Source: the human T2T-CHM13v2.0 reference genome, Homo sapiens
DNA length: 64,000 nucleotides
Reading direction: 5' to 3' (one strand)
Assembly: GCF_009914755.1 (NCBI RefSeq)
Contig: NC_060933.1
Positions 16,099 through 43,059 of the stretch are shown piece by piece (within the stretch, counting starts at the first letter, position 1; each line of letters starts with the position of its first letter). The position numbers and the translations under genes were made by a program. A model generated the notes under the pieces. It did not search any database, was not told the DNA's origin, and was given only the letters and a program-made list of their open reading frames with translations.

Positions 16099-16718
16099 TC
16101 ACCAATCCCCTATTGATCTAACCCCCTCATTATAAATATATAAATATTGAATGAAAGAATAATGCAAAAATGCTGATTTTAAGTTAGCCTAGAATTGTGT
16201 GAAAATAAAACTGTGGACTTTGGGAAGTTTTAGATCTCTAAAGAAAATGTCTAAGTAATTCTCCTCTTTCTGAGCTGGAGACGAGGTATATGATCACCGA
16301 TGGCCTCAAAGTTCCTCTCAGCTCTGGAATTCCCTGCTTTTCGGTGTCACTACTGGTTAACTGAGGTTACTGGGGATTCGAGACACTGATTTAGTCCAAA
16401 GAACCTGGTTTGTATTTGAGAGTTTGGAAGTCACGCTTTCTGGCTTGGCAACATAAGAAAACATAAAGAAGTTCATCTACTTTGACCTAATCATGTAATT
16501 CCCCAGAAGCATCAAAAAGATATATTTTGGTTGAGTGAGGATATTCATTGCAGTTTTATTTTAATCACAAATGATTGAAAACACTCCAAAACCCCATCAA
16601 TTAGGTGAAAAACTACATAATCATTTAAAATGATATAGAAAGATTTTCATTGACTTTTAAAAATGGTCACAGTATACTGTAAATGGAGGGGGAAAGCAGC
16701 TTAAAAATGGTGCATGTT

Positions 16719-17515
<797 letters not shown>

Positions 17516-17816
17516 ATGTAGCATAAGCCAGATTTTGTAAAGCATAATTTATGTATAAAGACTGCAAGACCATGAGGCAAAATGTCACAATTTTATCTCT
17601 GGGTGATGGCCACTCATGTTTTCGCTTTCTTCTTGCTTACATTTTCCAAGTTCTCAAATATGTATTACTTTTGTAGTAAGAAAGTTCACTTAGAAAGTAA
17701 GTTAAGTCTGAGTTTTCTGCAACCAGGGTATCCAGAACTTAAAAAGATAAGCAGGTAGGGCAGGTAAGAAGTCAGTCATGACATTGTAAGCATTGAAATA
17801 AAAATAAAATAAGTCA

Positions 17817-18110
<294 letters not shown>

Positions 18111-18609
18111 TAAAAAGTCATGGCTTTTTTCCAGGTCACTAATTGTCTAGTGAGTCTATGCATTATCATAATGTCTGTGGGTGGTCAGGCTAAGGAGTGC
18201 TTTGCCAACAGTGAAAAATTTTTCCAGGGAGATACCCGGGAGAGATAGTGAGGCATCTCAGGAACTTGAGAGTTAAACTAATTTATAAAGTTCATGCTTG
18301 TGGGGGCAAGATCAGCCATCTGGAAAAGCACCTCACCTAAGCAGTACCTTAGACCCGGGTGAGTGAAGAGTCATGAGACTCGGTGGAGCCCAGCCAATGT
18401 CTGGAGCAGAGGCGTGGGGTGGTTTTAACTCATCTGGGAAGGAAGAGGTGGCAGAGGGCAGAAGGATGGAGAAAAGGTGATGAGTGCAGCAGGTTTAGAA
18501 TCCGGCATGGTCAGTGTTTAGCAGGCCCCAGTCAAGGGCAGAGGGCAACTCTCCCTAGGGGGCCACCATGTCATCATCACTCAGAGCCTTGCCTGAGGCT
18601 TGTCTAGCA

Positions 18610-19135
<526 letters not shown>

Positions 19136-19555
19136 TTTAGGAGACATACCTCCAGTATATACTCCTTGATGCCTTCTGATTATATTCAGCTTCAGATTCA
19201 TAAAGGCTCCCAAGGACCTGACACCTTAGGCAGGGCAACGTGAATCCCAGCCTGGGGATGGGCACCCCCGGCCTCTGCTGTGTGCAGCATCTGAATTTGC
19301 TTTCCAAGTCACAATCCCTTATTCAAAACATTTGGTTCCAAGTGTGTTTCAGAATTCAGAATTTTTCATAATTTTAGGAAGGTAAGATGATGCATTTGCC
19401 AACTCTCCCAATTCTCCCAGTGGGATCTGGGGCAGTACCCTATATTCAAACATTGATATCTTGCAGCTTATTATGAATATTGACACCGAAAAGAATAAAC
19501 ATCACAAGATCAGGTAAGTTTTGGCACCAAATTTAATGGAAAACCTTAGTTTTCA

Positions 19556-19852
19556 GGCTGGGTGCGGTGGCTCACACCTGTAATCCCAGCACTTTGGGAG
19601 GCTGAGGCGGGTGGATAACAGGGTCGGGAGTGCGAAACCAGCCTGGCCAATATGATGAAACCCTGTCTCTACTAAAAATACAAAAATTAGCCAGGCGTGG
19701 TGGCACGTGCCTGTAATCCCAGCTACTCAGGGGTCTAAGGCAGGAGAATTGCTTGAATCTGGGAGGTGGAGGTTGCCGTGAGCCGAGATCGTGCTACTGC
19801 ACTCCAGCCTGGGCAACAGGGCGAGGCTCTGTTGCAAAAAAAAAAAAAAAAA
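19556..19852 (+). mobile_element. Alu
   Basis: Full-length Alu with A-tail. Confidence 0.9.
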
Positions 19853-20687
19853 GACAGCAAATAAACTCACCTAAAACTTTAGACACAGAGATAATTGCCC
19901 ACACATTTGGATTATAGCTTTTGTCTCTCTTTACATTTTAAATATATATTTTATATATTTTAAAATAATATATATACTTTATATAATTTCATATAAAATG
20001 TCACACTGTATGTAGTTTTCTAGCCTCTGTTTTTCACTTTTCATCTTTTTATATAATCAAAGAGTCTTCTACAGCCTTTTCTTCAAAATCAAGGTAGTTT
20101 TATTGTATTTTGGTTGTAAAAGTGATAATAGGAAAAAACAAACATATATTTGCTTATATGTGCATAAAGTCTCTAAAAGGATACACTAGTTGCTGGTCAC
20201 ACTGTTTACCTCTGGAGGGAGCCAGATGGAAGGCAGACAGGGACGAGAGAAGAATTTTTATTGTATAATCTTTTAGACTCTTGATTATTACTTTGTGAAT
20301 GTATTCTCTATTTCAAAAATAAAATTAAAAAAACTGGTACATCCTCACTGCAAAAGAAATCAAGCAATATAGAAAGGAACAAAGAAGAAAATAAATTCAT
20401 CTTTAAACTCAATACCCAGATACAACACTGTTAGTATTTTTGCCACATTTCTTCCAAGTCTTTATCTATGAATGTACAGACATGTGTATGGAGATATTTT
20501 TACCAAAATAGGATGATGCTGTACGATGGTTTTTGTTACCTGTGTTTTTCATGTAGGGTGAATCACAGACAGCTTCCATGCAGCCTCATTTTAAACATCT
20601 GCATTGTTATTGCATGAAGTTAGCCAGTTACCAAAAAATTAATCCAGGTGAACTGAGTCCAGCATCTGAATACGCAGTGCCAGGTAA

Positions 20688-21099
<412 letters not shown>

Positions 21100-21699
21100 T
21101 TATGTTCCAGAACCTGGAGAGATAACATATGGGAACGGGCTGGATGTTCCTTCTGTCCATGGTGTTTAAACCCATGTCGCTTATTCCATAGGTACAAACA
21201 CCTCTACCTGCCCCCTTCCCCTCAGCCTTTATGCCCACTACCACCAGGATGATGCCAGAGAGGGCCTTGGTGGCCAGAGCCAGTCTGCATGTCAAAGACC
21301 CGAGCTCCCATTTGGGCTCCACCACACACTGAGTGATCCTGGGAAAGTCACTTTTTCTTCTCTGTAGAACAGAGATAATAATCTCCATGATGCCTTTCTC
21401 AGAGTGTTGTTTTGTTAGAAGAATCAGATAAGGTTATGACTGTGAAAGTAGTATGTAAAATACAGGGCACTCTACACATAGAAGTTTTTATTGTTAAAGT
21501 CTGGCCTCTTCCCTGGAGCTGTCAGGGAGAAGGTAGATGCCAAAACCAGCTGGCCCAGCTTCCTTCCGTGATTGGCTCATGGAGCAAACATTCCCCTTGT
21601 GCACTTTTCAACATCTACACACTCATCTTTAAAATGGAGTGTTGTAAAGGTCAAGGGCACAAAGCGTTGACAAGGGCGTGGAACAACTGAAACTCTACT

Positions 21700-23547
<1,848 letters not shown>

Positions 23548-24054
23548 TAATAATAAAGCTGCTCTTTAATAATTATGTTTTCAGAAGGCCATTTGGAAAT
23601 AGTTTTTATCTCACTGTTGGATTATAAAAACACCAAGTGACCCGAGTTCTACACTTTTCTGTGCCAAAATGAAGAACATTAATAATAAGTATCCATTTCC
23701 CCTCAAGTATATATATTTAAATCATAAATATGTAAGTAAATGTATACATTTATTTAAATTTTAAATATGCAATTGGCCAGGTTCCAAGGGCTTATCCACC
23801 TTCCTGGAAAAAAATTGTCTTTGGAAAATTCCTTGATATGATTTTAGAGGGCAGCCTCTAAAATGAAGTGTTCAATGAATGTTCAAGGAATGAATGAATT
23901 TTAGCAACCTGTATCTTAGGTGCTGAGAGTATCTGATTAGGGCATATCAGACTAAAAAAAGTCCTCTACAAACACTAGAATTTACTAATCTATTTTCTAC
24001 TTAAAATGCATAGATAATTTGACATCAAGCACATGTACAGTTTATGGAAACAAT

Positions 24055-24060
24055 TTTATT
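24055..24060 (-). terminator. WDR31: WDR31 polyadenylation signal AATAAA
   Basis: tttatt on + strand with GU-rich sequence downstream on the minus strand; implies a 3'UTR of about 3.5 kb. Confidence 0.65.
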
Positions 24061-24701
24061 GGTAACAGAACCCTACTAACTCATCAGAGCCCCACTATTT
24101 TCTCCCGTGTACTTTCCTTCTCCTGGCAGCCTGTCCCCCTTCCCTGGGACCCCCTCCCAACTCATTCCCGTGAACTTTCTGACTTGCTGCCTCTCTCCCT
24201 TCTGGGAAAAAGTGTCAGCTGCTGCACTAATAATCCAGCACATGCTACGACTGTCCCTGAGACAGCTGTCTACTGCCCCTAGGCACTTGGGCAGGGGATC
24301 TCCTTGGAGCCAGAAAGTTAATAACTGGTCTTGAAGATACAAACAATGTCATGGTCTATGACTTTGTGACACGATGCAAAGGAAAGCGTTTGGGCTTTGA
24401 GTCAGGCAGACCCAGATTCATACCTCAGCTCTTCTTAATATGTGTGTGACTTTGGGCAAAGTACTGCATGTTTCTAGCCCTCAGCTTCCTCATCTGTGAA
24501 ATGGAAATCACAATACAGAGAATATTGGGAATAACAAATGAGAATAAATATATTTAGCCCTCTGTAGATGCTCAGTGACCGGGCTTCCTCTCCCACTATC
24601 TCTTTGTCTTTCCAGAGTTGAAAGACCCATAACAAGGAATCAAAGGAGAGTGAAACGATGACTAAAGGTTTAGAGGATAAGATCTAAGAATGGATGAAGG
24701 A

Positions 24702-25811
<1,110 letters not shown>

Positions 25812-25919
25812 TGAAGAGGAAACAGATTTTATAACTTGCCCAAGATCATCCAGCTAAATGGAGAAGTGGAGATTCAAAGTCGGGTCTGACTCTTTGTACT
25901 AGCTTAAGAACAGACTCTC

Positions 25920-26679
<760 letters not shown>

Positions 26680-27562
26680 TTTTTCCTGTATGTTCTAATG
26701 TTATTTCAGGGATCCCCTTTGCCTCACTCTGGCCATTCCAAAACATATATATGTTTCATTTATATAAATCCAAATGAAAATATTAAAATTGCAAGTGAGA
26801 TATTTTTGGCCTTAATCTTTGAATTTCAATGTTTTCTTATCTGTAGAGCTGGTGTGCTAACTCCTGTAATTCTGGGCAATGCCCATGTGGTTCTTGGCTG
26901 CTTCAAGCCATCTCAGGTCTGATTTTCACACAAGCTCAGCAGCACTGGGCTAGAAGGGTACCGCCCTCCCACTCTGCTGCCACTTTGAATAGAAGTCCAA
27001 GCTTTCGCTTTCTTGCCCTGACTTTGATTCTTCACATTGCTGAGGAGCAGTGATTGAAGCTTAATCTCATTGTCTACAGTCCGTCTCCTCTATGGAGCTG
27101 CACTATTCTTTCCCATCTCAATTATTTCTGATGTAACCAAAACACTCTCTCTCCCCACTGCCTTTTTTCTTTTGTAAAGACTTGCAAAGGGTCAGTTCCA
27201 GAGGCTCGAGCCCTGTGTTCTGACTTTCACAGACAGAGGCCTGCCACTCTTACATTTACAGGTCATCATTCTGAGCAATACACTTTTTTTGAAGAGTAGT
27301 CCTAAAAGCTCACTAAAAAGTTGCATTTGTATTTAACTTAAATAGAGAACCTTATGTGTAGTCCATGTTTCTGGACTCTATACCTGATTTTGAATCACTG
27401 GACTTAAATTATTGGACTTACAACACTGATACATCTTGTAAATGAACCTAAGCAAAGAATACCAGCCCTACATCCCACTCCCCTCAAGATAACTGGGAAA
27501 GACACAAAGCCATGCTGAGGAGGAGCCATGGTTTGATATTGTCCAGTGAGTGTCTCTTGGCC

Positions 27563-27856
<294 letters not shown>

Positions 27857-29154
27857 TCAGAGGAAAGCATACCAGGGAGGTCAGAACTTGGGCCAACTCC
27901 ATGACTTCAATGGTAGAGAATGGCACACGGGCCAAACAGGATGCATACCATCACCAAGAAGTGTCGGGGTCTCACCGGCTAAAGACATGTTACAAAGGTG
28001 CCCTCAGTCACCTGCCCAGAGAATAAAGCAGGGCCCAGGCAGGGAAAAACACACAAGGATACTGATCTTTAGCTGCTGGCTTCCTGGGGTCTTGATGCCT
28101 TGGAGATGGAGGATAATGGGAGAGCCCGAAAGGCAGTCTTTGGGGGTTTCAGCTGACCCATCTCCCTCCATCTGCATCTTAGAGGCCACTCTTCTAAAAA
28201 CTACAGGCGCATACCTGGTGGGCAGGGAATCTGTGCCACTTGGTCAGGTCAACATTTCCAGATCTCGTTCTCCCTGGTCAGATTTATGATCATTAAGTCT
28301 AAAACATCTGCTCTTTTTCCTCAAGCAACAGTTACACCTGAGTGGCTGGAGAAGCCACTCCAGGTAACAGTACAGCAGGCTGTCCTTACTATGGAAGTTT
28401 GGCTTGTGGCCACAGCTGTTTGCAGAATGCCCACAAGACATGGTCCTGCCTCTATTCTCTGAGGGAACTACCCTGTCTCCCTTGAGAGGAGCTGAGTTCT
28501 AGAAGACTGTTGTAGGACAGATTTGGTTTAAAGTTCTTTAAGGCAATGCTGTTTCTGTCTGTGGCAGAACCCTGTGTCCAGGACAGAATAGATGGAGGCA
28601 GTGGGGTGCTGGTAAACCAGCTTTCTGGAAGAGAAAACACCACCACCACCGATTCATAGCACTTGTTAATTTTCATCATGTAAATACCTCCATCATGATC
28701 AGATTTCAGGCTACCAAAGGTTTAAAAACCAGTTCACAAAAAATCCTGAATATTTAACAATCGGCCAGCAGGGGCTGGCTCCATCCAGCAGATCCAGGAC
28801 TCTGGGGAGCTGGGTTGCATAAGACATCTTTTTTCTCTGATGCTTTGAAATGTTATGAGCTTACTGTGTTCTTAAACTTCAGCTACAGAATCAAAACAGG
28901 GCAGAGACTTTCTGAAAGTATCCTTACTCCCCCTTACCCTCACCAAGAGCTGGGGCTTTCATTTTAGTCCTTGAAAGAAGACTTGAAAAGTCACAATTCT
29001 TGTTCTCTTTTCCAAATATTTTGAGTGTCACAAGTTAGAATCTGATGAAGAACTTCAGGTAGAAAGAATGTAAGAGCCAAATCTACGTGAGTTCTCAGGA
29101 ATGAGTCTATACAACATGGTACCAGGGGATACAGGGGATAGCATCTTGACATCA

Positions 29155-29490
<336 letters not shown>

Positions 29491-29580
29491 CTAGCTTCAT
29501 CCATGAATATCTATCTCCCCCTACCCCCATGATGCACCTATTCCCTCCACTTACCTGCTCACGTAGCTACCCCTTATCTT

Positions 29581-29638
29581 CATCCATCCACAGACCCAAC
29601 AACCCATCCATCCACAGACCCAATGACCCATCCATCCA
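29581..29638. repeat. 24-bp tandem repeat CATCCATCCACAGACCCAA(C/T)(A/G)ACC x2.4
   Basis: Read directly from the sequence. Confidence 0.85.
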
Positions 29639-30759
29639 GTGATTATTTTAAGCCTCAACTATGTCTCAAACAACCCTGGTTAAGAATGTGTCATATGAGT
29701 TTTTGCCTTTTTAGTGGTTAGGGAAGTAAAAGCTCCCAGTCCTACAGCATGATGGTGTTCCATCATGGGGAACCCATGGGGAGCCCCAAACAACAGTATG
29801 GGGTTGTTTGCTTTCATGGCAACTCAAGAGCTGCCTTATTTCAACCTCTTGGCATCTGTGGGCCCTGTGGGGACCCCGTAGTTAGAAGTACCCCATAGAT
29901 ATAAGTACATCTAGGTGCAGACATTCTGATTTAATGCCTAGATGCTGAACCTTGATGTGTGAAGACTAGCGTCTACAAGAGGGAAGTGCCAGTCAGTGCT
30001 GCCAGTCCCACTCTCATTGATACAGATCAGATCACAGCTGGAGAATAATGTTCAGGGAGGAGAGCAAATTGAATTATGTCCAAAAAGATAATGAAGTTAT
30101 TGGACAGCATGTTATCCAGGGAATAGCTGTAGGAGCTGGAAATGTTTCACTTAGAAAAGAGATGCTACATTCAAAGGCTGCAACACCCCAATCTACCATT
30201 TACTAGGGATGTGGTCTTGTGCAAGAGATGTCAACTTGCCATGCCTCTATTTCCTTGTCTGTGAAATGGGAATTATAATAGTACCTAACTCATGGGGTTG
30301 TTTTTAAGGATTAAATGAGATATTACATGTAATGTGCTCATCCCAGTGCCCAGCACACAAGAAATGTTCAATAAAATAGGAGGCATAATTGTTCTGTTTG
30401 AATACTAGATAACCCTTTTAATGGATATTCTACAATTATGAATCTAAGGTGCTTTGGAGGAGCCTAGGCAATCTATTCCAAAATTAAATGTAAGGAAGGT
30501 ACATGAGTAAGGGATGGAGTAGGCCCTGGACCAACACTAGAGCTCCAAATTTCCTAAAAAGCTTGAGCTTCTTTTACTGTGGCCACGCCTATAATGGGAA
30601 TAAATCTGGTTCTTCAAACAGTCCCTCCCCTCTCTAAGCTCTGCTGGGAGTAGAGACATCAGCAGGCTGGTTCTGTGTTTAGCTCCTCCCCATCTTGACT
30701 CTCATCCCATTCCTCTTTCCTACTACCAATTCAGAGAGCCCTAAGTTGATGAATGTTTC

Positions 30760-30993
30760 TTTTATTTTCTTTCTTTATTTTTTTGAGATGGGGTCTCCCT
30801 TGTTGCCCAGGCTGGCCTCAAACTCCTAGGCTCAGTTGATCCTCCCACCTCAGCCTCTGAATAGCTTGGACTACAGGCACATGCCACCATGCCCAGCTAA
30901 CTTTTTATTTTTTTATAGAGACAGGGTCTTGCTCTGTTGCCCAAGCTAGTCTCAAACTCCTGGGCTCAATTAATCCTCCCGCCTTGGCCTCCC
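30760..30993 (-). mobile_element. AluJ-type antisense element
   Basis: Diverged Alu; flanks atgaatgtttctt. Confidence 0.8.
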
Positions 30994-31041
30994 CTATGAA
31001 TGTTTCTTAAATGAAGCAACTGGAATGCAAAGGATCACTCA

Positions 31042-31335
<294 letters not shown>

Positions 31336-32324
31336 TTAGCTTGTAGTAAATGTGGCTGAAATACACCCGTATTGTCCCACTACCAAAAAAGTCTTGGCTC
31401 TTTGCTGCATAGGCCAGTCAGATTGGAATGGCATGATTTACCTAAAAACGGCAGCATGAACCAGATCAATCTCTGAGACTCTAAAGTTGGCAGGAAGTAA
31501 CCAAATTGAATGACATCTGAGTTCTTTCTATTTTGAGATCAGTTAATAGAAATTGAGACCAAGCATCTTAATTGTACAAGTTAATTTGTTAATTTGGTCC
31601 TTTGAGACACTGCTTTCCGTGGACAAAAGGATATTTCTGTGCCTGTGACTTAAATTTTTAAAAAGATACTTATTATGATATGGGAAATCAGTCATCATTC
31701 AGAATTAGTTACAAAAGATTTACATACAGGTCATGGCCAGCCTTGGCTATGGGGTCCACTGGGGAGTGTTTTGTTTTGCTTTTTATTTCATTTTTACCTC
31801 TTTACCCCATTCCTACCATTTTCTAAGGAGAATCTCTTCTGAGATCCAAAGTTTCTAGTTATCCTCTCCGGTCTAAGAACTATTGGCTTTACTGACTCCC
31901 CTGATGCTGATTTCAACCCTGCTTCCCCAGGGAGGGCTTCAGCTGAAGGCTGGGTGACTGAGAACACCAGGAGCCATGCAGGGGTAGCAAGGAGAGCCAG
32001 GCAGCCCAACAGGGTGGGACAAGCAAGTGACTGATTCTGGGGTTAATCTGAACACCTTCACACAGCAGGAGCTGGCTGAATCAGATGCTTTGGAACCATC
32101 CAAAACAGGGGCTTTTACTTGGCCTGATCTCATGACACACAACCTCTACCTTAATGATCCATGGGGCCAAAGCAGAGAGGCCCCAGCACCAGTGAAGGGC
32201 AGAGGAACAGAAGGCTCTGGGAAGGGCAGAGCAATGTGGAGAATCAGAGTGGGAATGGAGCCATGTATGCATGGGAGCCACAAACCTCACAAGAAACACT
32301 TTCACAGCTGCTCAGTAAGCCCAC

Positions 32325-32392
32325 CTGAGGGTTTTATCTTCAGAGGTCTGTAGTATGTATGGTTCTCTGGGGACCCAGCACAGGTGAGTGAC
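32325..32392 (-). CDS. WDR31: WDR31 coding exon
   Basis: tttttctag|GTC ACT...CTC AG|gtgggc; VTHLCWVPREPYILQTSEDKTLR; 68 nt. Confidence 0.92.
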
Positions 32393-33621
32393 CTAGAAAA
32401 AGCAAAATGTTCAGAACTTCTCCACACCAAGTCATTCCTCTGCTGTAATTCCTGTCAAATGTGCTAACTAGCATCACTGTGCCTCTTCTCAAGGATTCTG
32501 AACTAGCAAATTCATTTACAGGCATCTTAGGTTTTGCAGATACCTATCAGTCATGCTCTACCTGCATCTCCTAGGTTATCAGCAGCAAGATAACAGCTGG
32601 GCCAGTTGTGAGCACCAAAATACATGCAGGCACCCTAAGAGTGCCTGAAACCCCAGCTGTGTGGCAGATAGAACAGCTCCTGTTGTAAGGTGGGTTCACT
32701 GAAACTCTAGCCCCAACACCTCATGGGGATCAGGAAGAGCATTCATGTTTCTCTTTATCCCTGCAGGTCCCTGCTGGATAGGCATAAAATAGTTTCCAAA
32801 ATAACCCGAAATAACAGGATTTTCTTTTCTTCCAGTAACCTCCACCAATATAGAGGGCATGGGGCAAGCATATCTGACCATTGGCAGTCATCTTCAAAAT
32901 TAGAAAAGATGACTGGGACTGAAATTTGACAACCACTAAAAGAACATCTAGTATGGGTCAGACACAATGTCAGGTATTTCACATCTAGTATCTGAATTCA
33001 TCCTCTGAAGAACCTTAGCAGGTGATAGAATTCTCCCCATTTTATAAATGAAGACACAGACACTCTAAGAGCTTAAGTAACTTCCTTGAGATAACATAAC
33101 TGGTAAGTAATAGATCCATGATTTTAACCTGAGTATAACTGACTCCAAAGGCTCTCCAATTTATACCAGTCTGCTACTAGAAAACAACTGGTCCTTCAAA
33201 AGCAATGCAAATTCTACATAAAGCAAAAGGTAATGCTTATTTCTCCACATGATGTTACACATATGAACATACAATAAGCATAAGCTGTGAGGTCCTGGAA
33301 GACAGGAACTATGTTCTTGGTCACTAACCCTGTTCCTAGCACAGTGTCTGGCCCACAGAAGAAACAGAATAATGAAAGAAATAATGAAGACACCATTTTA
33401 AATTCCAATATAAGTGAGTAAAATCATTGTCTGGAGCAGAAGACTCAAGGGAACATCTAATCTAATAACCCTGAGAGGCCAGGGTCTCACAGCAGGTTAG
33501 GGGACAGCAATTGGGACCCAGGCTCTAATTTCTGCTCATGGGCCTCCTGATTTATCTCCCGAGCCTTTCCTTCACCCCATGCTCCTTTCTGCTGCCCTGT
33601 TCTGTACCAAGTTTGAGTTCA

Positions 33622-33780
<159 letters not shown>

Positions 33781-33783
33781 TCA

Positions 33784-37949
<4,166 letters not shown>

Positions 37950-38233
37950 TGTCTTATTTTTTCAATTTCTTGTTTCATAGAGTACATGTTCTCTTAATTT
38001 ATAGAGAGTAAAAAGCATTAATCAAATTTTATCTTTGCTTCTTGAGTAGTTCTTCCTTCAAAGTGTATTTTCATCTGACATTAGCTTGTTATATGTATAT
38101 TTAAAAAAATCTAGGCATATAGGCCTCACTTTGGATCCTTTCTGCTTATTAATCTTTTCATCTTTGAATGAGGATAAGTCCAATTTTTGGCAGTAAATCC
38201 AATAAGGCTTGATACATGCTCAAGTGTTACATG

Positions 38234-38297
38234 CACACACACACACACACACACACGTGCACACACACACAAGTGCATGCACACACACTCACACACA
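38234..38297. repeat. Interrupted (CA)n microsatellite
   Basis: Read directly from the sequence. Confidence 0.9.
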
Positions 38298-38429
38298 GTC
38301 AATTCTCTCTCACTTTCTTTCCTTTTAGTCCAAGGTCTACTATAACTTGACTTGTCATGCTGAATATTGATGGTTGATTATGTCTTGATTTGTCATCCTG
38401 AATATTGATGGCTGATTATGTCTTGTCTA

Positions 38430-38843
38430 AATAGCTGAGACTACAGGTGTTCACCACCATGCCTGGCTAATTTTTTTTATTTTTGGTCAAGATGGGGTCT
38501 TGCTATGTCCCAGGCTGGTTTTAAACTCCCGGCCTCGGGCGAATCACTTGAGGTCAGGAGTTGGAGACCAGCCTGGCCAACATAGCAAAACCCCATCTCT
38601 ACTATAAATATAAAAATTAGCCGGGTGTGGTGGCACATGTCTGTAATCCCACTTACTTGGGTGGCCAAGGCAGAAGAATAGCTTGAACCTGCGAGATGGA
38701 GGTTGCAGTGAGCTTTGATCACACAACGGGGAGAGTGAGACTCTATCTCAAAAAACAAAACAAAAAATTCCTGGCCTCAAATGATCCTCCTGCCTCAGCC
38801 TCCCAAAGCACTGGGATTACAGGTATGAGCCACCATGCCTGGC
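38430..38843. mobile_element. 5'-truncated sense Alu nested inside an antisense Alu
   Basis: Near-duplicated target aaactcccggcctc / aaattcctggcctc flanks the sense insert (about 38537-38765). Confidence 0.8.
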
Positions 38844-39682
38844 CAGTCCTTCGGCATTTTAGGGTGACCAGAAGAAGGAGAAGCAAGCTGGCAGCAGTCT
38901 CAATTTTGTTACATTGTCTTGTTTTACTGGTAAACAATCTATATCTTTAGTCCTCATCTTTCTAAATAAAGGGCTGTTGGGAGGACCATTCAGGACCAGC
39001 TCTTTTAGTGACATCTGCACTCTGCCAAATATCTGGGGATAAGTGCATTACAGCATGGTGTTCTCTATCAGTCTAGTTCAGAACACAATGTATCTGGCAA
39101 GCAAATATCATATTCTGTGCTATGGGATTGTGGCTGATGCCTAGTTTCATTATAAATGAAGTGTGTATCTTAATTTTTGGTTCATTTAGGCGGACTTCAG
39201 AGCGGGGAATTATATAAATTGGCATTCTCTATCATTTTTGCTGGAAGCTCACTCTGGTCTGTAATGCTATCTAACAAATAAATTTTTATTTCATTGTTAT
39301 TGAATGTTCATTAAATGTCCCCAACTAGACTAGAAGGTTGCTGAGCACAGGGATTTTGTCACTTTCCTAGCTATGGTAAGCACAGGGTAAGCCCAAGCCT
39401 TCAGTACAGTACTTGTTGAGTCAGGATAGGTCAAGAGTTGTTATCAGCTGTGTTCTGTTTACTACCTGTGCTATTAAGGGCTTAATGACAAAAGAAAAAT
39501 TGTGTTCGATATGCCTGTAACAACAACTAAGTGAATGGTTTGCTCTGTTTCTCCTGAAGTAGGATTTCACAGCATCAAACAAACCTTTGCATTTTTCCTT
39601 AAGACCAAAGATTCAATCACTCTTAATATCTAGAACTATTAGCTATCCTTTATTCAGTTCCAGATTGCCTTCATAATAATCA

Positions 39683-39793
<111 letters not shown>

Positions 39794-40105
39794 TCATTAC
39801 TCAATTCTTGTTAAAGTGACACTAGCCTCTACTGCATTCTCACCTTACTTTCTCCCTCCTCACTCACTCCCTCTCTGCTCAGGAACTTGCTCAAAGCATT
39901 CGGGGTTCCCTGTTGTGGCCGTCCCTCCTCACGTGCCCCTCCTTTGAGTTTCTTTTCTTTCCTCCTGGTTGTTCTCTGTCTCCCTCCGACACTGGACCAC
40001 TGCTCTAAACTTACTGATGGGTTTGGGCTAACATTCCCCAAGGAGAACTGATTCCCCTGGAGGTTCTGACTGTAGATGGTGAAGGAGAATTCCACATAAG
40101 GTTAG

Positions 40106-41214
<1,109 letters not shown>

Positions 41215-41770
41215 CATTATTAGTATTATTCACTACAAAAAGAATTAGCAGTTGTACTACCAGTATCCCAGCTGTGAGGGCTATGATAGATCCTAATATG
41301 AAGGAGAGAAATGTGAGAATGGGAGGAAGGAAGACAAAAACACAGGGAGGAATCATGATGCATACCAGTGTAGAGAGCATAAAAGAAGAGATTAGACAGT
41401 TCCTTTTGCTGACAATTAACTCCTGTGTCTCCATGTAGGTGTAACATGGGATTGGTGGTAAGTATAATCTTTGCCATTTATAGAAAGCATGTGGGTGGTC
41501 AGGCATAGTGTTAAGATCTCACCTACGTTCTTTGATTTAATCTTTAATAACCACCTGTGAGGTGGCATTATTATTCCCACTTAACAGATAAGACTGAAAC
41601 TCAAAAAAATTTAAAGACTTGTCCAAACGAATGGGAAGTGGCCAAGCAGGGATTTAAATCCAGTCTTTCTAACTCTAAAGCCAATATTTTTACACTTGTC
41701 AACCCTGCTCCAGAAATGCAAATCCTAGACTTCCTTTCAAAATATCTTCCTTTCCCTGCAATAAAGTTCA

Positions 41771-42028
<258 letters not shown>

Positions 42029-42267
42029 TCAGGCCAGACTAAGGAGAAATATTTAAAAAGGAGAAGAGAAGGGAGACCCATTTACATTGTCAGCAATGGT
42101 ATTATTTACTCTGAAAATGTGCAGAATGACTGAAGGACTGGAATCTGATAAAGGGGGATCCTGAAGCCAAGAAGCCAGGAGTCTTTCTTTGCTCACACTA
42201 GCAATTAATCCTGAAGATTTAGGGCCCCTCTGTGTATGGGTGCAGACACTAGCTAATAAACTTGACT

Positions 42268-42560
42268 GTTTCTTTCTTTTGAGACAGAGTCTCACTCTGT
42301 TGCCCAGACTGGAGTGCAGTGGCACACATGGCTCACTGCAGCCTTGACTTCCTGGGCTCAAGCAATCCTCCCACCTCAGCCTCCCAAGTAGCTGGGACTA
42401 CAGGCTCATGCCATTATGCCCAGCTAATTTTTGTATTTTTTGTAGAGATGGGGTTTCGCCATGTTGCCAAGGCTGGTCTCAAACTACTGAGCTCAAGCAA
42501 TCTGTCCCCCTCGGGCTTCCAAAGCGCTGGGATTACAGGTGTGAGACAGCACACCCAGCC
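42268..42560 (-). mobile_element. AluJ-type antisense element
   Basis: TSD tgactgtttct. Confidence 0.85.
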
Positions 42561-42662
42561 CTGACTGTTTCTTATCCAAAAGAAAACACACTAAACTATT
42601 CAGGGAAGGCCAACTATTCAGGGAAGGCCATCAACATTCGCCCTGGGCCTTCTCTTTCTTCA

Positions 42663-42893
<231 letters not shown>

Positions 42894-43059
42894 TTAATTT
42901 TGTTAGGCACAATAGTATGATGTTGAAAATAAATCCTTTTTTAGACTAATTAATTGTATGCTTTTGCTTTTCCTCCTCACCCTGCTTCACACTTACAGCC
43001 CTGAGGTTGCAGACACACAAAAACAAAACTGATTTTAAAAAAGACTAAGAAGTCCTGTA

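Noticed and set aside
42976-43030. Minus-strand donors GTGAG/GTAAGT just upstream of the WDR31 ATG exon
   Set aside because: No convincing acceptor and adjacent to an L1 relic; I cannot support an exon without RNA data
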